Below, one piece after another: positions 39,464 through 48,542 of a stretch of DNA of 64,000 bases. The notes under the pieces were generated by a model that saw only the letters and a list, made by a program, of their open reading frames with translations, did no database searches and was not told the DNA's origin. The position numbers were made by a program, and so were the translations under genes. The number at the start of each line of letters is the position of its first letter. The first letter of the stretch is position 1. Location: contig JAFYQK010000001.1 of the NCBI GenBank assembly GCA_017547165.1, forward strand, positions 95,422 through 159,421. Reading direction: 5' to 3'. The DNA is from Bacteroidaceae bacterium. GTDB lineage: Bacteria; Bacteroidota; Bacteroidia; Bacteroidales; Bacteroidaceae.

Positions 39464-39559
39464 CCAACTCAAATAGGTGATTCGCTTATATATAATGTGT
39501 AAAATTGTCAATATTTGATGTTATTGCACAAAAAGTAAAAACAAAAATACACAAATAAA

Positions 39560-39826
39560 ATGGAACATATGACTCTTGGACTGCAATTATTGGTAGTAGG
39601 TATGCTAACAGTATTTGCCATCCTTTTGATAGTAATTTTTGGAGGCAAGTTGTTGATCAGTTTGGTCAATATGATAGCTCCTGAGGAGGTCGTGTCTGCA
39701 AAAAAGAAGGTCGCTTCAGCAAACACAGACAATAGTGTGGATTCCTCTACCATGGCAATACTTCAGGAAGTAGTAAAGCAGATTACTGGTGGAAAGGGTA
39801 GAGTAGAGAGCGCAAAGAAAGTGTAA
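39560..39826 (+). CDS. OadG-family small membrane subunit of Na+-translocating decarboxylase
   Basis: 88 aa with a single N-terminal TM segment (LQLLVVGMLTVFAILLIVIFGG). It is the first gene of the decarboxylase operon. Confidence 0.75.
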   Translation: MEHMTLGLQLLVVGMLTVFAILLIVIFGGKLLISLVNMIAPEEVVSAKKKVASANTDNSVDSSTMAILQEVVKQITGGKGRVESAKKV

Positions 39827-39856
39827 TGTTGAACGGTTAGCGTTTAATGATAATAA

Positions 39857-39892
39857 GTCCTTAAGGTCCTTAAGGTCCTTATCCTCCCTAAA
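39857..39892. repeat. 9-bp tandem words GTCCTTAAG x2 plus degenerate copies, between oadG and oadA
   Basis: gtccttaag gtccttaag gtccttatc ctccctaaa, read directly from the sequence. Confidence 0.7.
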
Positions 39893-39922
39893 TTAATAAT
39901 TAGATAAAAAGAAAACAACAAT

Positions 39923-41767
39923 ATGAGAGAAGTAAAGTTTAGTTTAGTCTTCCGCGATATGTGGCAGAGTGCTGGTAAGTATCAGCCCCGTGTTGACCAA
40001 TTGTTGAAAGTAGCTCCAGCTATCATACGCATGGGTTGCTTTGATCGTGTGGAGACAAATGGTGGTGGTTTTGAACAGGTGAATCTGCTCTATGGCGAGA
40101 ATCCCAATAAGAGTGTGCGCGAGTGGACAAAGCCTTTCCATGAGGCTGGCATACAGACACACATGCTGGACCGTGCTTTGAACGGTCTGCGCATGAGTCC
40201 ATGTCCCAAGGATCTCCGCAAACTCTTCTACAAGGTGAAGAAGGCGCAGGGAACTGACATCACCCGTATCTTCTGTGGTTTGAACGACGTGCGCAATGTA
40301 ATCCCCTCAATCAAGTATGCTAAGGAGGCTGGTATGATAGCCCAGGCTTCTTTGAGTATCACCCATAGTCCCATACACACCGTAGAGTACTATGTGAACC
40401 TGGCAAAGACCTTCATCGATGCAGGTGCTGATGAGATCTGTTTGAAGGATATGGCTGGTATCGGTCGTCCTGTTAGTCTGGGCAAGATCGTGGAGGGTAT
40501 CAAGGCATACAAAAAGGATATCATCATCCAGTACCACTCACATGCAGGTCCTGGTTTCTGTGTGGCATCTATCCTTGAAGTGGCAAAGGCTGGTTGCGAC
40601 TATGTGGACACTGGTATGTCTCCGCTTGCTTGGGGTACAGGTCATGCCGACATCATCACTGTGCAGGAGATGCTGAAGGATGCCGGTTTCAAGGTTAAGG
40701 ACATCAATATGGAGGCTTATATGGAGGCACGCACCCTGATTCAGGAGATGTACGACGACTTCCTCGGATACTATATCCCTGCACTCAATCATATCAACAA
40801 TGCACTTCTTGTTAAGCCCGGTCTGCCTGGTGGTATGATGGGGTCGCTGATGACCGACCTGGAGGATAACCTCAAGAGTTTGAACAAGTGGAAGGCGAAG
40901 AATGGCCAGCCCGAACTGACCACCGACCAGTTGCTCGTGAAACTCTTCGATGAAGTGGCTTATGTATGGCCCAAGGTGGGTTATCCTTGTTTAGTTACTC
41001 CTTTCAGTCAGTATGTCAAGAATCTGGCTCTGATGAATGTCATTCAGATGGAGAAGGGTAAGGAGCGCTGGAGCATGATAGCTGACAACATCTGGGATAT
41101 GATTCTCGGCAAGAGCGGTCAGTTGCCAGGTCCTGTAGCACCCGAAATAGTTGCTATGGCCAAGGAGCAGGGACGCGAGTTTGAGACCGACGATCCCCAG
41201 AACTACTATCCCGATGATTTGGAGGATTACAAGAAGAAGATGTTGGAGAAGGGTTGGGAACTTGGCGAGGACCTTGAGGAACTCTTCGAGTATTCCATGC
41301 ACCCATCTCAGTATGAGGCATACAAGAGTGGCAAGGCAAAGGCTGACTTTGAGAAGGACCTTGCTGAGCGTAAGGCAAAGAAGAATGCTCCTGCTGCCGG
41401 TGTGGCAGAGTTGCCTAAGACCATCAAGGTGAGCGTGAACGGTCAGACCTACGAGGTGAACATTGCTTATGGTAACGAGGCACCTGCCGCCACATCTGCT
41501 GGTGCTCAGGCTCCCGTGGCAATGGGCGAGGGTGAGGATATCCTTGCACCTTTGGAGGGTAAGTTCTACCGTACCAAGGACACTCAGGAACAACCCATTC
41601 AGGTTGGCCAGGAGGTGAAGGTGGGTGACACACTCGGCTATATCGAGGCCATGAAGACCTACAATGCCATCCGTGCCGACTTTGACGGTATACTGACCGC
41701 CGTGGTGGTGAACTCTGGCGACTCCGTAGAGGAGGACGATGTGATAATGAAGGTACAGAGAAAGTAA
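39923..41767 (+). CDS. oadA: Oxaloacetate decarboxylase alpha subunit / biotin-containing carboxyltransferase (pyruvate carboxylase subunit B-like)
   Basis: 614 aa with an HMGL-like/PYC_OADA N-terminal domain. The C-terminal biotinyl domain carries the EAMKT biotinylation motif. Confidence 0.85.
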   Translation: MREVKFSLVFRDMWQSAGKYQPRVDQLLKVAPAIIRMGCFDRVETNGGGFEQVNLLYGENPNKSVREWTKPFHEAGIQTHMLDRALNGLRMSPCPKDLRKLFYKVKKAQGTDITRIFCGLNDVRNVIPSIKYAKEAGMIAQASLSITHSPIHTVEYYVNLAKTFIDAGADEICLKDMAGIGRPVSLGKIVEGIKAYKKDIIIQYHSHAGPGFCVASILEVAKAGCDYVDTGMSPLAWGTGHADIITVQEMLKDAGFKVKDINMEAYMEARTLIQEMYDDFLGYYIPALNHINNALLVKPGLPGGMMGSLMTDLEDNLKSLNKWKAKNGQPELTTDQLLVKLFDEVAYVWPKVGYPCLVTPFSQYVKNLALMNVIQMEKGKERWSMIADNIWDMILGKSGQLPGPVAPEIVAMAKEQGREFETDDPQNYYPDDLEDYKKKMLEKGWELGEDLEELFEYSMHPSQYEAYKSGKAKADFEKDLAERKAKKNAPAAGVAELPKTIKVSVNGQTYEVNIAYGNEAPAATSAGAQAPVAMGEGEDILAPLEGKFYRTKDTQEQPIQVGQEVKVGDTLGYIEAMKTYNAIRADFDGILTAVVVNSGDSVEEDDVIMKVQRK

Positions 41768-41789
41768 AAATAGAGGAGGAATACGATTT

Positions 41790-43040
41790 ATGTTTAACGA
41801 GATTCTGGAAAACCTCTATAGCATGACCGCCTTTCAGGCCATTGCCGAGAACCCTTTGTTTCTGGTGATGTACCTGTTGGCTTTCGTGCTCCTGTACTTG
41901 GGTATTGTAAAGAAGTACGAACCCCTGCTTCTGGTTCCCATCGCTTTCGGTGTGCTCATCGCCAACTTCCCTGGTGGAGGTATGGGCGTGACACAGGCAG
42001 ATAGCGAGGGCATGGTGGAGTTCATGAAGAACGGAGTGATGGTAAAGAAGGACATATATTCCATGCCCCTGCACGAGATTGCACACGACCTGGGATTGAT
42101 GAACTACCTCTACTATGCACTCATCAAGAGCGGTCTTCTGCCTCCCATCATCTTCATGGGTGTGGGTGCACTGACTGACTTTGGCCCTATGCTCCGCAAC
42201 CTCAAGCTTGCTATCTTCGGTGCTGCCGCACAGATGGGTATCTTTGCCGTGCTCTTGGCGGCTCTGGCTCTTGGTTTCACACCTCAGGAGGCTGCTTCGC
42301 TGGGTATCATCGGTGGTGCTGATGGTCCTACCGCCATCTTCACAACCATCAAACTGGCTCCCCACTTGCTTGGCCCCATTGCCATTGCGGCATATAGTTA
42401 CATGGCCCTTGTGCCAGTGATAATTCCCATGGTAGTCAAGGCTTTGTGTTCCGAGAAGGAACTGCGCATCAATATGAAGGAGCAGGACCGCCTTTATCCT
42501 GATGGAACAGAGATAAAGAACATGCGTGTGCTGAAGATTATCTTCCCTATAGCAGTTACCACCATCGTGGCTATTTTTGTACCATCTGCTGTTAGTTTGG
42601 TGGGTATGCTCATGTTTGGTAATTTGGTTAAAGAGATTGGTAATGACACTTCACGCTTGTTTGATGCTGCATCCAATGGTGTTATGAATGCCGCCACAAT
42701 CTTCCTGGGCCTCTGTGTGGGTGCCACCATGACCGTGGAAGCCTTCATCAACGTGCAGACCCTGGGCATCGTTGCCGGTGGTTTCTGTGCCTTTGCACTG
42801 AGCATCGCTTCCGGTATCTGTATGGTGAAGGTATGGAACCTCTTTGCCAAGAAGAAGATTAATCCGCTTATCGGTGCTACTGGTCTCAGTGCTGTGCCCA
42901 TGGCAAGCCGTGTGTGCAATATAATTTCTACTAAGTACGACCCCAAGAACCATGTGCTCAACTACTGCATGTCGTCCAACATATCTGGTGTTATCGGTTC
43001 GGCTGTAGCCGCAGGTGTGCTCATCTCCTTCCTGGGATAA
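41790..43040 (+). CDS. oadB: Na+-translocating decarboxylase beta subunit
   Basis: 416 aa, polytopic, OadB/GcdB/MmdB-like (..FGAAAQMGIF.., ..GGADGPTAIF..). Confidence 0.85.
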   Translation: MFNEILENLYSMTAFQAIAENPLFLVMYLLAFVLLYLGIVKKYEPLLLVPIAFGVLIANFPGGGMGVTQADSEGMVEFMKNGVMVKKDIYSMPLHEIAHDLGLMNYLYYALIKSGLLPPIIFMGVGALTDFGPMLRNLKLAIFGAAAQMGIFAVLLAALALGFTPQEAASLGIIGGADGPTAIFTTIKLAPHLLGPIAIAAYSYMALVPVIIPMVVKALCSEKELRINMKEQDRLYPDGTEIKNMRVLKIIFPIAVTTIVAIFVPSAVSLVGMLMFGNLVKEIGNDTSRLFDAASNGVMNAATIFLGLCVGATMTVEAFINVQTLGIVAGGFCAFALSIASGICMVKVWNLFAKKKINPLIGATGLSAVPMASRVCNIISTKYDPKNHVLNYCMSSNISGVIGSAVAAGVLISFLG

Positions 43041-43053
43041 AAGTGCAGACACT

Positions 43054-43557
43054 ATGGAAATATCTAAGATAGGATTTTATACAGGCCTCTGTTGGAGTGC
43101 CTCGTTCATACTGGCCATGCTTAGCCTCACGCAACCAGCGTGGGGCTTTGCCGGTAATTTTTTGGGTGTGCTCAGTATCTGGGTAGCAGCTGTGCAATTG
43201 CGTGCTGCTCAGGCATCCATGCCCAAGGAGGAAAAACCTTGGGGAGTGCGCCAGCGTTGGCATAAATCCTTGCAGGTTCAGCTGCTGGCTGCCTTTGTGT
43301 GCACTTTTGTCCAGTACATCTATTTCCGCTATGTTGACAATGGGCGTATGCTTACTGCACTTACGGAAGTGTACATGAATCCCGAATATACAGAACTGAT
43401 GAAGCAGGCGATGCCCGAATACAAACCTCAGGATGTGCTCAACCTGCTTTCAGATATATCGCTTCGCGACCTGGCGGTCAACTTCATGCTAATGAACTCC
43501 TTTCTGGCCATCGTGCTCAGTATTCCTACTGCTTTCGTGGCAAGGTTCAGAAAGTAA
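43054..43557 (+). CDS. Hypothetical 4-TM membrane protein (DUF4199-like from memory)
   Basis: Start chosen at MEISKIGFYTGLCW..; the track start at 43015 overlaps oadB. Confidence 0.55.
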   Translation: MEISKIGFYTGLCWSASFILAMLSLTQPAWGFAGNFLGVLSIWVAAVQLRAAQASMPKEEKPWGVRQRWHKSLQVQLLAAFVCTFVQYIYFRYVDNGRMLTALTEVYMNPEYTELMKQAMPEYKPQDVLNLLSDISLRDLAVNFMLMNSFLAIVLSIPTAFVARFRK

Positions 43558-43588
43558 TAAGGTAAAATAATCTAAACATTCCATAATT

Positions 43589-45328
43589 ATGAAGAAAATT
43601 CTTTCGCTTATCATGCTTTGTGCAACATCGTTTGTTGCCTCGGCACAGATTGCTGCGCTCAGTGAGGTTTCAACAGATAAGGCCTACACTTTGTACAACG
43701 AGCATTACACCACCTATGCTGTTTACAATTCCCAAAAGAGCACTTCTTTGGTATGGGCGGCAGGTATGACATCTCCTGACCATACCATTAGTGACAACAG
43801 TTACAAGCAGACTCCCGATCTTTCTGCTCCCTCTTCATCCTGGATGATAGTTGAGTTCCGTGGCCAGTGGTATGTCTATAATCTTGGAGCAAAAAAGTTT
43901 ATGGCAGTAGGTTATGATGCTGAAAAGTCCGCTACAGCTTCTGCTAAGTTGCAAGATACTCCTGTTGCCGTAGAGTTTACCTCTAATGGCAATGGCGGAT
44001 TCTATCTTCGTAGCTATGTTGGTGACAAGAACTTTCTTTGCGTAGCACCTCAATTGGCATATCCTATAAGTATATGGACTAACTCTGATAATGGTTCCAC
44101 ATGGCAAATTAAGGAAAATTCCAATGTTGAAGCTGACTATGAAACCTGTATCCAGAAGCTTGAGAATGCCTTCCCTGAAATGGTAAACCTTACTATTGAT
44201 GCCCGCAATGGATATATGTGGAGCGGTTCTTCCAATGGAGCTTTACCCAATAGTATTCGCAAAGGACAGGATTTTACTTTTTATGTTCGTGCACGAGCAG
44301 GTTGGAATTGTAATGACGGTGTCATCATTAAGCATGGCACAGAAGAATATGTTGTAACCGAAATAAAACCAGGAGCAAATTATACTATGATAACTATTCC
44401 TGCAGAAAAGGTACATGATGACATAACAATCTCTGCCACATGGGAACGTGATGATACTTACACCAATGCCAGGGTACTTTCTTTCTGTGAGGAATTTGAT
44501 GGTGAGGGCGAACCTACATCCGAGTGGTGGAAGCGTACCGAGCGTCAAGGTGCTACATGGAACCGCTGGTGCTCTAACTCTCCCTTGGTAGTGTACCAGG
44601 AAGGCGGTGCATTGCATTGCCGTGCCATTCCCAATCCCGACCGCAGTACTGACAATGTTCCAATGATTACCGGTGGTGTGAAGACTCAGGGTAAATTCTC
44701 CTTCCAATGGGGCAGGGTAGAGGCTCGCATCAAGACTATTCCCCACCGTGGCACCTTCCCCGCTTTTTGGATGATGCCTGCCGATAATAGCCTTGGATGG
44801 CCCAACAATGGTGAAATAGACATATGGGAAACCATAGACAACGGTGATGTCGCATACGGCACTGTACATACCAACTGGACTTATAATCTCAATATGGGTG
44901 GCAATGGTGGCAATATGGGTGGTATAGACTACTCATTGTGGCATGTATATGCTATTGAATGGAATGCAACATCCATTACATGGTATGTTGATGGAAAGAA
45001 AATGTGGACCTACAACAAAAGCTCGGACCAGAATGCTCTCAACAAGGGACAGTGGCCTTTTGATGCTCCCTTCTACATTATTCTAAACCAGAGTGTTGGT
45101 AATGGTTCATGGGCCGCTCCTGCCGATGAGTCCTTTACCTACGAAACACTTTTTGACTGGGTGCGTGTTTATCAGAATCCAGAGCACACCGCTATTGAAG
45201 ACATCATTGATGATCCAAAGACATCGTCAGCATCTTTTTATGATTATTTTGATATGAGTGGTCGTAAACTTACATCACTTCCTTCTAAGGGTGTCTATAT
45301 TCTCGATGGTAAGGTAGTTTTGAGATAG
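43589..45328 (+). CDS. GH16 family beta-glucanase-like protein with N-terminal extra domains and T9SS C-terminal sorting domain
   Basis: 579 aa with a signal peptide. The GH16 catalytic motif is present (NGEIDIWE, i.e. ExDxxE). The C-terminus is ..FDMSGRKLTSLPSKGVYILDGKVVLR. Confidence 0.8.
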   Translation: MKKILSLIMLCATSFVASAQIAALSEVSTDKAYTLYNEHYTTYAVYNSQKSTSLVWAAGMTSPDHTISDNSYKQTPDLSAPSSSWMIVEFRGQWYVYNLGAKKFMAVGYDAEKSATASAKLQDTPVAVEFTSNGNGGFYLRSYVGDKNFLCVAPQLAYPISIWTNSDNGSTWQIKENSNVEADYETCIQKLENAFPEMVNLTIDARNGYMWSGSSNGALPNSIRKGQDFTFYVRARAGWNCNDGVIIKHGTEEYVVTEIKPGANYTMITIPAEKVHDDITISATWERDDTYTNARVLSFCEEFDGEGEPTSEWWKRTERQGATWNRWCSNSPLVVYQEGGALHCRAIPNPDRSTDNVPMITGGVKTQGKFSFQWGRVEARIKTIPHRGTFPAFWMMPADNSLGWPNNGEIDIWETIDNGDVAYGTVHTNWTYNLNMGGNGGNMGGIDYSLWHVYAIEWNATSITWYVDGKKMWTYNKSSDQNALNKGQWPFDAPFYIILNQSVGNGSWAAPADESFTYETLFDWVRVYQNPEHTAIEDIIDDPKTSSASFYDYFDMSGRKLTSLPSKGVYILDGKVVLR

Positions 45329-45360
45329 TAGTAATTGCTAATAATTTCGCATCAAAAGCT

Positions 45361-45400
45361 AATAAGGACCTGTTTTATGACAGGTCCTTATTTCTTTTTT
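45361..45400 (+). terminator. Intrinsic terminator
   Basis: TAAGGACCTG / CAGGTCCTTA stem followed by TTTCTTTTTT. Confidence 0.8.
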
Positions 45401-45497
45401 ATTGACTATAGTCTACCATAAAATAGTGATTATGCTATGACTGAATAGAACTTAACTTTACCATTTTTTGAGTATTGCGAGGTTTGGCGAATAGATG

Positions 45498-45505
45498 TAA
45501 TTTTG
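45498..45505 (+). promoter_or_regulatory. -7 promoter motif TAATTTTG for the 8-gene operon
   Basis: 22 nt upstream of the ATG at 45527. It overlaps the track's TTG start at 45503, which argues for the ATG at 45527. Confidence 0.45.
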
Positions 45506-45526
45506 CCGCCAGAAAATTTTGTACTT

Positions 45527-48502
45527 ATGAACCGAGCAATATATTATATTTATCTTTGTTTCTTTATTCTCTTTATGAGAGTAAATGGCATTACAGCTCA
45601 AACGCATAGTGAGGCACAATTGAGCGGTAGTGTCACAGATGCGCGTACCTCTAAACCTTTGGAGGGTGTGATGATAGCTGTGCTGAATACTGGATTGTGG
45701 ACTATCAGTGATGAGAAAGGTCAATTTCTAATAGATGGTATTCCGTATGCTAAATTCACCGTGAGGTTTAATCTTATGGGCTATAAGGAGGAAAAATATG
45801 ATTTGACCTTTGTTCAGAGAGAAAACATAATGGATATCTCTATGCATGAAAAGACACTTTCGTTAAGTGAAGTAGTTGTAACGGCACAGAGAAGAGTTGA
45901 GACACAAACTACCTCCTATATCATTGACCGTCAAGCTTTGAACCACTCGCAGATTATCAATCTCAATCAGATTACAACCTTGTTGCCAGGAGGAAAAACT
46001 ATTGGCGACCAGAATCTCGCCGGCCAGTCTTCCAGAGTAGCTTTGCATGCCGGCGTAGCAAGTGAAATGGGTAATGCTTCCTTTGGTACGGCAATAGAAG
46101 TGGATGGACAGCGACTTGAGAACAATGCTGTAATGAACGAGACAAAAGGTACTGACCTACGCAATGTAGGAACCTCTAATATAGAGTCCGTGGAGGTGGT
46201 ATTAGGAATACCATCTGTGGAATATGGTGATATTTCAAATGGTATGGTGAAGATTAATACACGTAAAGGTCGTACTCCATTCATGGCAGAGGTAATGTTT
46301 GAACCAAAAACCAAGATGCTGGCTATAGGTAAGGGATTTTCCTTACCAGGTAAACTTGGTGTGCTTAATGTCAGTGCCGAACACACCCGTTCGGTGAACG
46401 ACCTATCTTCGCCACATACCGCATACATGCGCAACAATATTGAGGTTGTATACTCAAATACTTTTCGCGATAAGGTCGGACGCCCACTATACATCTCGAC
46501 TCAATTGGCAGGTAATATTGGAGGTTTCAATTCTAAGTCAGACCCAGACGAGTTTCTTAATAATTATACAAAGATAAGTGATAATATGCTCCGAGGTGGA
46601 GCAAAGATGAATTGGCTACTTAATAAGAGTTGGATATCTAACATTTCACTTCAGGCCAACTTTTCCTATCGCAATATGCAGGAGGAAACAAATGCCAATA
46701 AAAGTTCAGCATCTACTCAACCATATATTCACACAACAGAGTATGGTTATCATGTTGCACAGAGCTATGATGAGAATCCCAATGCAGACATAGTGTTGGG
46801 GCCGACGGGCTATTGGTATGTACGCTCTTTCACTGACTCCAGACCCTTGACATACTCGTTCAAGCTAAAGGCAGACTGGTCAAGAAAATGGAAAGACATC
46901 TCGAACCGTATGATGCTTGGTGTTGAAGTAAACGGAAGTGGTAATTTAGGTCGAGGACACTATTATGAAAACATGCGCACTGCACCCACATGGCGCGAAT
47001 ATCGCTATGATAGTTTGCCGTTTATGAATAACATTGCTCTGTTTTTTGAGGATAAGTTTAGTTCCAACATTGGCACGAAGTCCACTTTACACATTACCGC
47101 TGGTTTGCGAACCGATATGACTCTTATCAGCAATAGTGCCTATGGTGCCAAGCTGAATCTGTCTCCACGCCTAAATACGAAGTATGTCTTTTGGCAAGGA
47201 CAAGAAGCTTTGATTAGCGACATGGCTATTTATGCTGGATGGGGACGCTCTGTAAAGCAACCCTCATTTACTGTTCTCTATCCTGCACCTACATATAGCG
47301 ACAAACTCTCTTTTGCTCCAGGTACCACAGCAGACGGCCATACCTTCTATGCTTATTACACACAACCCGTCACTCCTGTTTATAATCCCAACTTGAAGTG
47401 GCAATCTACTCATCAGAGTGAAATAGGGATAGAGACAGCTATTGGTGGCACACGCATATCGTTGTCTGCCTATAACAACAAGACCTTCAATCCTTATATG
47501 AGTCGTACGCTCTATACTCCTTATTCCTATCGCCTGACTACGCAGGCAGATATTGAGGTTGGCTGTACTATACCATCTGCTAACAGACAATATCTCGTTG
47601 ACAAGAATACAGGTATAGTAACCGTAAGAGATATCACCGGAAGGCATGCAGACCAGGTATTGGGATACAGGCAACAGAATACATTTGCTACACAAACGGA
47701 GTATACAAACGGCTCGCCCGTAGTAAGACGAGGTTTAGACTGGATTGTTGACTTTGCACAGATTCGTCCTTTGCGTACAAGCATTCGCATAGATGGAAAC
47801 TTTTATCACTACAAGGGTGTGAATCAGACCATTGTTTCGTCGACAGGTTGGGCATCTGCATCTATGGATGGTACACCTTATAAATATATAGGGTACTATG
47901 CTGGCTCTTCAACGGCAAGTAATGGAAATCTTTCTCAGCAGCTTAATGCTAACCTTACACTGGTGACTCATATCCCAAAGATTCGTATGGTCTTTTCCTT
48001 GCGTTTGGAAAGTACTCTATATACCTATAGGCAAAACCTGTCGGAGTATGCAGATGGCAGTTTAAGGGGTTATCTGCTCGAAGCTGCCGATGATTTCCAC
48101 GGTAGTCAGCAACAAGGTATTTACAATAAAGATGCATACGTAGCGGTATATCCAGAATACTATACATCGTGGAATGCACCAGAGGAAAAGGTTCCATTCT
48201 TAGAGAGGTTCATTTGGGCAAGAGAGAATGATAAGGAATTGTATCAAGATCTATCAAAACTGGTAGTGAAATCAAACACTTCGTACTATTTCAATGAAGA
48301 GCGTGTTACGGCATACTATGCCGCCAATTTGAATATAACAAAGGAGATTGGCAATGTGGCTTCCATAACCTTTTATGCCAGAAACTTCTTCTATCAGATG
48401 GGTAAGGTGAAGTCCTCTCAGACTGGACTTGAAAGTTCGCTATATGAAAGTAGACTTGTGCCTAAATTCTATTATGGATTGAGTTTGAGACTTAAACTAT
48501 AG
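45527..48502 (+). CDS. TonB-dependent receptor with N-terminal carboxypeptidase-regulatory-like domain (SusC-like layout, no SusD partner)
   Basis: The signal peptide ends ..GITAQ. A CarbopepD_reg-like segment follows (GSVTDARTSKPLEGVMIAVLNTGLWTISDEKGQFLIDGIP), then a plug and a large barrel. Confidence 0.85.
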   Translation: MNRAIYYIYLCFFILFMRVNGITAQTHSEAQLSGSVTDARTSKPLEGVMIAVLNTGLWTISDEKGQFLIDGIPYAKFTVRFNLMGYKEEKYDLTFVQRENIMDISMHEKTLSLSEVVVTAQRRVETQTTSYIIDRQALNHSQIINLNQITTLLPGGKTIGDQNLAGQSSRVALHAGVASEMGNASFGTAIEVDGQRLENNAVMNETKGTDLRNVGTSNIESVEVVLGIPSVEYGDISNGMVKINTRKGRTPFMAEVMFEPKTKMLAIGKGFSLPGKLGVLNVSAEHTRSVNDLSSPHTAYMRNNIEVVYSNTFRDKVGRPLYISTQLAGNIGGFNSKSDPDEFLNNYTKISDNMLRGGAKMNWLLNKSWISNISLQANFSYRNMQEETNANKSSASTQPYIHTTEYGYHVAQSYDENPNADIVLGPTGYWYVRSFTDSRPLTYSFKLKADWSRKWKDISNRMMLGVEVNGSGNLGRGHYYENMRTAPTWREYRYDSLPFMNNIALFFEDKFSSNIGTKSTLHITAGLRTDMTLISNSAYGAKLNLSPRLNTKYVFWQGQEALISDMAIYAGWGRSVKQPSFTVLYPAPTYSDKLSFAPGTTADGHTFYAYYTQPVTPVYNPNLKWQSTHQSEIGIETAIGGTRISLSAYNNKTFNPYMSRTLYTPYSYRLTTQADIEVGCTIPSANRQYLVDKNTGIVTVRDITGRHADQVLGYRQQNTFATQTEYTNGSPVVRRGLDWIVDFAQIRPLRTSIRIDGNFYHYKGVNQTIVSSTGWASASMDGTPYKYIGYYAGSSTASNGNLSQQLNANLTLVTHIPKIRMVFSLRLESTLYTYRQNLSEYADGSLRGYLLEAADDFHGSQQQGIYNKDAYVAVYPEYYTSWNAPEEKVPFLERFIWARENDKELYQDLSKLVVKSNTSYYFNEERVTAYYAANLNITKEIGNVASITFYARNFFYQMGKVKSSQTGLESSLYESRLVPKFYYGLSLRLKL

Positions 48503-48542
48503 ACAGACAAGGATTATAAACTAAATTAAATATATTACTACA

